A DNA stretch of 64,000 nt from assembly GCF_009914755.1 (NCBI RefSeq), contig NC_060927.1; one strand, given 5' to 3'. This document shows positions 55,068 through 64,000 of the stretch, one piece after another. The translations under genes were made by a program, and so were the position numbers. This stretch comes from the human T2T-CHM13v2.0 reference genome, Homo sapiens. Below the pieces are notes generated by a model. That model was not told where the DNA came from and did no database searches. It worked only from the letters and a program-made list of their open reading frames with translations. The number at the start of each line of letters is the position of its first letter. The first letter of the stretch is position 1.

Positions 55068-55480
55068 TGCAGCCGACACTGCTTCCCCATCCTCCATCAC
55101 TCCCTGCCTTCTGCAGAATCTCCACCTCCAGCCCAAGGTGACCCCATCCTCGGCTCAAGGGTAAATCCTGATTAGCCGGAACCAATCACAGTGTACTGTT
55201 TAGATTGCCAGTGATTGGTTCAGAGTGGGCATGTGACTCAGTGCCAGCCAATGAGATGTGAGAGGAAGTCGGCTGGGGGCTTCTGGGCAAGGTTTCCTCC
55301 CCTCTTAAGAGAAACCCAGAGGAGACATCTCTTCCATGCCTAGTACCTGGGTCTGCAGATGATGCCTGGAGCTGTGGCAGCCATCTTGTTGCCATGCAGT
55401 AAGTTGGCCAAGGACAGACAGTTACACCAAAAGCGAGGCCACCAGGCTGAGCACAGGTGACCACTTGGTCTTTGCCAGCA
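55068..55480. mobile_element. Old ERVL/MaLR-class solo LTR (LTR33/MLT1-like)
   Basis: gccagtgattggttcagagtgggcatgtgac..agccaatgagatgtgag.ggaagtc.gctgggggcttctggg ... gatgcctggagctgtggcagccatcttg. Confidence 0.75.
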
Positions 55481-56569
55481 GCCGCATCACACACCTGTTG
55501 GCTCCCTGTCAGGGGATAAAGGGCCCACCATGAGGAAAACCCACCACACATGATAAGCACAGAAGCAGCCTCTTGTTGGCAGCCAAATGCGCTCCTCAGA
55601 CTCAGATCTTGAGGGGGTCGCAGTCAGCTCAATGCCTACTCCTCAAGGGCCCCATGACCCGGCACAGAGCTGGAGGAGGGGCACGGGTCTGGAGGAGGGA
55701 CTCACAAAGGGCAGGGAGCCGGAGGAGGGTGTTGGTCAGGAAGGCTCCTGCCCCAGGGCCCTGGGCGAAGCCAGCAGCCTGGAGAGGGACACGGTGAGCA
55801 GTGAGCGAAAGCCAGAGGTGCGGAGGCCAGAGCTCTTCCCAGGACCTTCAAGTGTCCCAGATAGTCCCAGGGCCGGAGGCTGGAGTCAGCCCAGGCAAGG
55901 CCTCAGGGGCTAGCCAGGGAAGTGGGGCTCTGCCCATGGCAGGTTTCTGGGGTGCAAGGTCCCAGCTAGCCCAAAAGGGAGACACTCCAGCAAGCCTGGC
56001 GGGGGGTCCAAGGAGAGATACAAAGACTCCCAGGGCCCTAACACACCCACCACGGACTCAGCTCACAGAGAGAAAGGAGAAATGCCCATTTGCAAGGGCC
56101 CTTAGCACAGAGGCCTGCTCTGCCAGCTCCTTCTCTTTTCTCATAACTGAAGTGGGGGCAGGGCGGGGGTGGGTTGTTTAGTTGTTTGTTTGCTGGAACT
56201 GGTGGCAGCACCAGACCTGACCTTTAAGGCTTCAAATGCAGCGTTTTAGGCGGGGCCAGCAGGAGGAGAACACGGGCTGTGGAAGGAAGTGATCAAGACT
56301 GAAATGCCACGTCAGGCTGGAAACTCGAGGCAGAGCATGGGCCTCTACCATCTCAGGAATACGCCAGCCCCTCCAAGCCCACACTGCCTGGTGACAAAGT
56401 TGTCCTTCCCAAGGGGACCCAGAAAGCTTTTATGTCTCTGAAACAGCACAGGGACATCAGAGTTTGCCCCACAGAAACCCAGGGAGTTGGGGCCTCACAC
56501 CACATAGACATCTTGCCCTTCGAGTTTGCCAAAGCAGACCTCAACTTGCCCCCCGACCCATGCCATAGA

Positions 56570-56882
56570 TTTTATTTATTTATTATTTATTTATTTATAA
56601 ATGACAGGCTCTCACTCTGTGTCCAGGCTGGAGTCCAATGGCACCATCACAGCTCCCTATAGCCTCAACTTCCTGGGCTCAAGCCATCCTCCCACCTCAA
56701 CCTCCTGAGTAGCTGAGACCACAGGTGTACACTACTACACCTGGCTAATTTTTGTATTTTTTTGTAGAGATGGGGTTTTGCCATGTTGCCCAGGCTGATC
56801 TTCAACTCCTGGGCTCAAGTGATCCTCCCACCTCGGCCTCCTAAAGTGCTGGGAGTACAGGCGTCAGCCACTGCACCCGGCT
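56570..56882 (-). mobile_element. AluJ with (TTTA)n tail
   Basis: gacaggctctcactctgt ... cctgggctcaagccatcctcccacc ... tttgtagagatgggg ... cactgcacccggc. Confidence 0.93.
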
Positions 56883-58094
56883 GGATATTTTTATTTAAGA
56901 GAAACAGCTGTACATCAGTGCGAGGAAGGCTGCATAGGGAGTCGCCCTCCCCGCAGTCTGTACTGAGCATTAGGGATGAGGGCTGGGCCCTGCCCACAGA
57001 GTATGTGCAGCCACAGATATGTGGGGCTTGAAGGTTCCCTTCCCCCATCTTGGGCCTCAGTTTCCGTGTCTATATGATGGTGGTATCAGGACCTCAGGGA
57101 TTTCTGTGGCTGTGGCATGTCCTTTCCAAGTCAGGGACGCATGCAAAGCCCATAATGCCCAAGGAGACGGTTGCACCCAGGCTCCCTGCCCCCACAGGAA
57201 CCCCTCCTGGCCTGTAGGCTCCTGAGCCCCTCACAGCCACTTCCCAAAATCCCAAGGGCCCTGGGCCATCGCAGCACTGACAACACACAGGCGCGTCCTG
57301 AAAATGCCAGGAAAGCAAAACTCTCAGACAACAGAACCCACGAGAACTGGGTCCACACAGCTACTGGGGCCAGGGTCCATCACAGGGCATCACTGGACAG
57401 CCTTATTTATGAAGACTCAGTAGACAAAAATCCATCCTTGAAGGAAGTGTCTTCGCTGGAGATGCTCCAGATGGAGAACATGTGGAGGAATCATCCCTCC
57501 AGATCATCAAGGGATCATCAAGCCAAAGTTTTTACAGCCCAAATCGTGCCCACAGTGTCTTGCTGCGGGGAGGACCCAAACCCACAGCAGATACTCAAGG
57601 GCTGCCAGTCTCCTGCCCTTCAGTGTGCAAATGAGAAGCACCCACTCTGAAAGGGAAAAGTGCCAGCCCAAGGTCACACAGCAAGAGCTTCCCACTCTGC
57701 CTGAGCCCAGGCTCCACGCCCACCCTCCAGATTTTCCACGCGGGGAAGGGCTGTTTGCAAAGATGCTTCACTTCACAAAGGACTCACGGAGCTCCTCTGA
57801 GTCCCAAGTCCTCCACTGAATGTAAATACCATTCAATTTGCAAAAATTTGAATTACAAGGACGCAGCCTCTGTTTCCTTTGCAGACTGTCATCACGCCAG
57901 TTGGTAGAAGATCAAACTTTCCAGCTCAGCTTTAACTCAGGCTGTTTCTAACATAAAAGTTTGCAAAACACTGGCCCTAACAATCAGGATGCTTTATTTC
58001 CCACTGCCAGTGTTTGCCCAGCCGAGCCCTGGCATTAACCTCAAAGGCAGGTGGTGAAGGTGGGCACTAGGAGCCCATTCTGGCTGCAGAGATA

Positions 58095-58390
58095 AACCAC
58101 ACGTGTGCTTGCACTACATAGGCTCCCAAGCACATGCCCGCATTTGACTTCATATGCACATACACGCACACACCTACTGCTGCCTACACACGAGAATGCC
58201 CATGCACACACATCTACACACATGCATCCATGTGTGAGTACAAACACACGCACACAAGTGGGTATACGCACAAGCATGCTTAGATGTGAACACGTCTGAC
58301 ACATGCACACATACATGAACACACAGGTGTAGACACGCCCACATACAAGCTGACATGTGCACACAGGCAAAGGCAAGAGCCAAACACAAG
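58095..58390. repeat. CA-rich low-complexity tract (UG-rich in CACNA2D2 pre-mRNA)
   Basis: Degenerate cacac/catgcac/catac runs. Confidence 0.85.
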
Positions 58391-58609
58391 AGGAAAGACT
58401 CACAAACCACAAGTGGGTCCCAAGTGCCTGTAGGGCCTGGATGGGTGCTGGGTGCTATGGATGAGGGGATAGTGGCTGGCACTTGGAGTGCAGGCCCAGC
58501 TAGACTGCAAATACCCCCTAGATCCAGTCGGGATCCACATGCCCTTATCACAGACTCCCTGGGGCCAGGCCCATCCCTCACAGTCTATCACACCCCAACC
58601 CTATTTGGC

Positions 58610-58710
58610 AGTACAGCCACGGAAGCCCTGTTTTACAGATGAGGCTCCAAGACCCTGAGAGGCTGTGGAAGTTCCCAAGGTCACACAGCTGTTGAGAGGT
58701 GTGGCAGAGT
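58610..58710 (+). mobile_element. MIR SINE fragment
   Basis: ttttacagatgagg ... gagagg ... cccaaggtcacacagct ... gtggcagag. Confidence 0.7.
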
Positions 58711-61487
58711 CTCAGTGCACACGAAGAGGGGGCTTGTTCAGAAAGAACTAGCCATCAGGGAAGGCAGGCATCAAAGGGGAAGAAAGGGGCCCAGGGTCTA
58801 AGAGGGGCAGGGAAAAGACAGGCAGGAGGAGTGACTTCTCAGCCTTTTCACCCACCTCTTCCCCTTTGTTGAATGAGGATCATTTCCAAGGTGGGAAAGA
58901 TGGATACTGATCAGCAGGAAAGGCTTCCCATGCCCCTCCCCCTCTGCTAAACAATTAGGCTGATCAGAACTCAAAGGGGGTCAATCTGAAAAGCAGCCAT
59001 GAGACACCCAAGGTATGGCCAAAGGAGGACGGGAGGTCCAGGCACCCTCACACTGGAAGAGACAAGGCCCAGCGGCCACAGCTAAAGCAGGGCGTGGAGA
59101 GGAGCAGGAAGACCCCAGATCTGTCTTCTTAGGGCATTGGAATGTCAGAGTTGGAAGGATCCTGGAAGAAAGGAAACTGAGGCCCAGGGGGAGGAGGGGT
59201 TTTGTCCAAGGTCACCAAGCAAGCTACCCAACTGAGAAGATTAGGCTGGGCTTGCCCTTGACAGAGGCCTCCTCACCTAAGATGGGGGCTTTCAGAACTC
59301 CTTTGTGAATATTCTCCCCACCTAATCCCAGCTAGACAGTCTCCTGGTTTGTGAGGCTCTCCCCTCACCAGGCTCAGTCACGGGTAACAGTGATGGCTGG
59401 GGACCCAGCAGGTCCAGACCAGATGCAGAAGGAAAAGCACTGTGAGGGCCCAGGTGAGAGGAGCGGGACCAGGACCGGGGACACCAAGCCAACAGCCTGA
59501 GTCTCACAGTGGCAGGGCAGGGCTTGGCTGAGTCTGCCCCTTAGGTCCTGACCTTATGTAGATTTGAATGACAGAATCTTGACTCCTTTAGGGAGGCCCC
59601 AAGAGACCCCTGTGGGGACCTGCAAGCCAGCAGGGCCATCTCAATCTCTGTGGTCACCTGCACTGGCCCCACTTCTGCCCTTAGCCACAGGCAGCTTTGG
59701 AAGCTCTTCAGGTTCCACAGGACAAGAGAAGAAGGGAAGCAAAAAAAAGCAAAAACCACACACACACTTCCCTTGGGGAATACGAATATTGATTCTGTAG
59801 CTTCTTGTTTAGACAGTAGGCACCAGAAGAAGAAGAAAAGAAAAAAAAACCTGACATGAAGAGAATCTTCCCAGTTGGCTGGAGGGCTGTAGCCAGCAAT
59901 GGGAAAGCCCCTCATGTCCTCCCCAGCATGTCCTCCCCAGGCCTGAGGCCCACAGCCCAGTCACTTAAAGACACAAGGCACCAGGTCTGGAGGCAAATCT
60001 CCGCACGGGAGTGGGGTAGGTGGCTGGAAGGGGGAAGAGAGAGAAAGACCACTCCTATCTTACAGGCAACATCGCCCTGCCAGACAGAGCTCAGCCCACC
60101 TGCCTTGACTCCCAAACCTCCAGCTGCCCCTTGGAGAGTTCCCTAGCAACAAGCCCTTGAACGCTGGTTCCCAAACCCCCCAAGTCCCACCCATCCGGAT
60201 GGCATGAGGCTCCCCCAGCATCTATAAGATCCTAGCCCTGTGAAGTCCCCTCAGACCTGGCAAAACTGCCAAGGGACTAAAGGAGCCAGCCTCAGGTTTC
60301 CATGAACAACCCCCAGCCCCACCCCCACCTCCATGACCTTTCTCTCCGGAATCAGACTGGAATCTGGAGAAGGAAATGGCATCTCATCTCGAGATGAAGC
60401 CCCTCCTCTCCTCCACCCCTCCACACAGAGCAGGCCTGGCCCATAACTCAAAGCTGGGGGAAGGAAAGCTCTGGGCTGGGGGTGCTCCATGATGGCCTGT
60501 GTATACGTGGGAGGTAGATGGAGGTCAGCACTGGGGCTATAAGCACTGGGGCTGGCAAGGCAGCTTCGTGCCAAGGAAGGCCCCTCAGGGTTGCCTGAGA
60601 CCCAGAGGAGGAAAGAGAGACAGACAGGGCAAAGTTACAGCTGGAAGTCCCAGGCCCAGCTCTCATATCCTAGGCCTCTTCATTTTCTTCCCAGAGATTC
60701 AGGCTTCAAGCCCCCCTCCACTTCCTGGGCCCACTGCCCAGATGTCCCCAGCCCTCTGGCTGGGCAGCCAAGTGTCTGACAGATCTATCCTTTCCCCTGC
60801 CCTGCCTCTCATGGTTGTGGGCTTTAAGCAGGTCCCTTCATTTTTCTGAGGTCAGTCTGCCCATCTGGAGGATGGACATGACCACGGGCTCTGAGGTCAA
60901 GGCACTAATGTGGGTGAGGGGTCTGGCCTGGGCTCAGTAAGGGAGATCACCATTAGCCTGGAGACGTCCCCCACCACAGTCAAGCTGTGTTGCAGGGAGT
61001 GAGGGAGGGAGGTGGCCCAATGTCTTCCTCAAGGAGGTAGAATCTGATGTGGGTGGGCACAGCCTGAGAGAGTGGCACAGCCCAGAGCTGGGATGGGAAG
61101 GCCTCTGGAAGGTTCGGGTGTGAGACCTTGAAGGAGGGGATCTAAACCTGAGAAAAGAGCACAGTCATGGCAGGGCAGCATGAGCAAAGTAGAGAGACAG
61201 GCGGCCACCTAGCCCGTGGGAGCCCTGGAGACTGGTGGGTCTCGCAGTAAGACTGGCTACCGCCCGGCTGCAACATCTGGGCTTAATGCTAATGTTAACA
61301 GTGGCAGCCATGGCACCTGACGGAGCCCTCCCTGCCCACTAGAGGCGGCATCCTCTCCCGTTAATTCTCACCACCAGCCTCTTAAGCAGATTCTATCATT
61401 TCAATTGTGGAAACTAAGGCAAGGTCATCCCAATGGAGCCTGCAAAGTCTACACCTGACACCCAGCATGTCCCCAAACTACATCCTC

Positions 61488-61556
61488 CCAGGAGCTGGCA
61501 GTGTCCACCCATACACATCTGAGGTGCCAGGAGCTGGCAGTGCCCACCTGCACACA
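61488..61556. repeat. Imperfect direct repeat, period 39
   Basis: ccaggagctggcagtg(t/c)ccacc..(t/c)acaca at 61488 and 61527. Confidence 0.85.
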
Positions 61557-64000
61557 GGCAGGAGGAGAAGGGGATACTTTCTGCAGAAGTCCACTTAGAG
61601 GCCAGCTTTACTCTGGAGTCAGTCTCTCCATGGGGACATGAGTGTGACAAAGAATCTGGAGTGAGATTCACCTGCAGACTACGAGGGGACTCATCCTAAA
61701 ATGAGTTTCCTCCTTTCTCAGGGGTTAACCTGGCACAGCTGACCAAAAGGAGGTGCCTGATAAAGATGGAGTCCAGGGGAACAGCAGCCAAGGGTCCCCC
61801 CAAAGTCCTCCACACCAGGAGGGCTGTGAGCACCTGGCAGCTCTGCATCTCGGTGACAGCAGCAGCGGCTGGGAAGCCTCATCCCTCCCTCCTGCAAAAG
61901 CTGAGGCAGGTTTTTGGGAAGATGGGGGACCCAGATGAGTGATGCTGCCTCCCTCCAACAGGGAGAGCCACAGGGAGATGGAGACAGGGGCTGGAAGGCC
62001 CAGACAGACACACGTCACCCACCATTAACCGTAGCTACACTGACGCATGCCCTGTTGTAGGCACTGCTCCCCATGTGTCCACTCAGGAGAGGAGCACGTA
62101 CTCTGGTTGTCATTAATCTGCTGGTGGTCCAAACCCCTCAGGCCCCTCACTGCTTCTGCCCCACCCTCAGAGGAAGGGAGACGCTGGCCAACACCATCGC
62201 TGGAGCAGAGCTGGGCTAAGAGGGTGCAGTCAGGTGGGCCAGCTCAGCCGGGTGCTCCACCCAGCACTCAGCCAGGACTCCACAGAGGAGGGGACAGAGA
62301 AACCTGGGGGCACTGGAGAACAGGGCACAGAGGCCCAGCAGAGAGGACAAAAGAGGCGGGCAGGGAAGGATAGGTACAGCTCGATGAAAGACCTGAAGAA
62401 GGGGGACAGGGGAAGAGGGAGGGAAAGACACAAGGGGAGGCAAAGCAGTGAGGGCTGCCCCTCAGCCGGCGGTGGTGGCCTGATGCTGGGGAGGGCATAA
62501 CTGGAAAAAGGAGGCAGGTGAAAGGTGTGCTCGGACTCAGGTCCCCCACACCCAGCCGGACAAGTGCACATACATGTGCATACATGTGTGCAAACATGTA
62601 GCCTCCTCCTTGTTTGAAACTCTGATCCAGGTCCAGGTAAGGTGAGACAGCCCAACCCCCCCACCCCCCGCCCAAAAAAAAACCCTGAAGCCCTGTCCTC
62701 CCTTCAGCAGTAACCCCTCTGCCCTTCTCAATCCAGCAGCAGCCTTGGTCCATTTTGCCTGGTGGGCAGAGAGCCATGCTGCCAGAGCGATTGCAGAAAT
62801 CATAGCTAGCAGACCCCAAACCCACACTTGCTTAAAATCCAGCAGCTTGTGAAGCTGGGCCCCTGTGCACTGGCAGACACTAATGAGAAAATGACTTGCT
62901 CATCAGGGGCCTTCCCCACTGAGGGGTTGTCACTCCAGTGCCATGAAGCTGGGTTCCACTCTCCTCCTTGGAAATCCACCTGTATCAAAGTGTCATCCCA
63001 GCCTGGCCACACTGACCCAGCAGAAGGTTCTGGGAGGTCACCCATCCCTGAGCAGCCCCACAGAACCTTCTGGCCCCAACAACAGCCTAAACCTTTCTTA
63101 CCAGTTCAACAAAAGCACCAATTCCACTGGCCATGGTCATGTGTGGGCCCCTTCCTCCCTCCAAGGATCAATGTGCATCCTCGTCTGCGGGACCAGGGCA
63201 GCTGAAGGGCACTGGCTGTCACAGCAAACCCTCTGTGTTGTTGTACCATTAGTCACCTCCCCCTGGACCCTCAGAGCGGCACAGCCCCCACCCCACCCCC
63301 ACCCTCATTCTCTAATTACAGTTTGCAAGACATGTCCCAAACCCCCAAATTAGCTCCAACTATATCGACAACAGCGTCCAGCTGGAAGTGTGTCGCTGCC
63401 GTCACACCCGCCTCGCCATCTTCTGGCTGGGGACAGAGGGATAGGTGCCTACTCTGGTCAGGTTCTCACATTGGCCTTCTAGAGGAGACTCGTGCAGGCC
63501 CAGAAGCCATCTGACCAACTGCACGTTGCAGGGAAAGGGAGTGAGGTCGGGAGAGGTGGAAAGAGACATCCACTTAAACCTTCACTCAAGGAGCTATGAA
63601 ACGGCTAAGAAAAAAATAATTGTGGCTTGGCTCGTGCTTGGCTTTGAGGAAGAAAGAACAAAAAAAAAATAATGCTTTTGCTTTTTTTAAGCACTATGAT
63701 TGAAGTCCATTTCCATCACGGCAAATGAAAGACAATAACACATCCACCAGCCCTGAACTTCCATTCGATTCTTTTCTCCCTGGGCAACCCCCAAACACAC
63801 ATGTGAAAAATCCAGACGGTTGACAGAGGACACGTCCGTGCGGCACTTGTAATTTGCCAACTGATCACCTGCCTGAGCACAGCCAGGCTGTGCAATGAGA
63901 GAGACGACAAGACGGAGAGAGAGACCCAGAGAGGCGGTTTTCCTGAGTTTGTTTTTCCCTCATCTTAGAGAGCCTACGAACTGGAGTCGGCAGGTTTTGT

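Noticed and set aside
55165-55260. Cluster of CCAAT boxes as a novel promoter
   Set aside because: Intrinsic to the old LTR consensus

Overview
GC-rich primate DNA, human or a close ape, judged from AluY/AluS/AluJ content and an exon matching the human protein as I recall it. The window lies inside CACNA2D2 (voltage-gated Ca2+ channel alpha2delta-2 subunit, human 3p21.3), which is transcribed on the minus strand. The only coding sequence I can support is the 82-nt exon 2 at 37841-37922 (-). It encodes [27 protein letters not shown] between a canonical CAG acceptor and a GTGAG donor, and the supplied ORF track does not show this frame. The rest is part of intron 2 (1-37840) and part of intron 1 (37923-64000). 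I did not find exon 1 or exon 3. The introns hold 11 Alus (most with visible TSDs), an ERVL remnant (LTR16 + tRNA-Leu PBS + decayed gag), a HAL1/L1M nest, L2, MIR and hAT fossils, and simple repeats. The most interesting unexplained signal is a set of short AT-rich, non-repetitive islands carrying POU/homeodomain, PBX-HOX+MEIS, FOX, NF-Y and MEF2 motifs, which are candidate enhancers. There is also a ~280-bp G-rich purine minisatellite and several cryptic or poison-exon candidates. I found no evidence of a novel protein-coding system. Repeat family names come from recalled consensus sequences and their boundaries are approximate. All regulatory and splicing claims are motif-level inferences.
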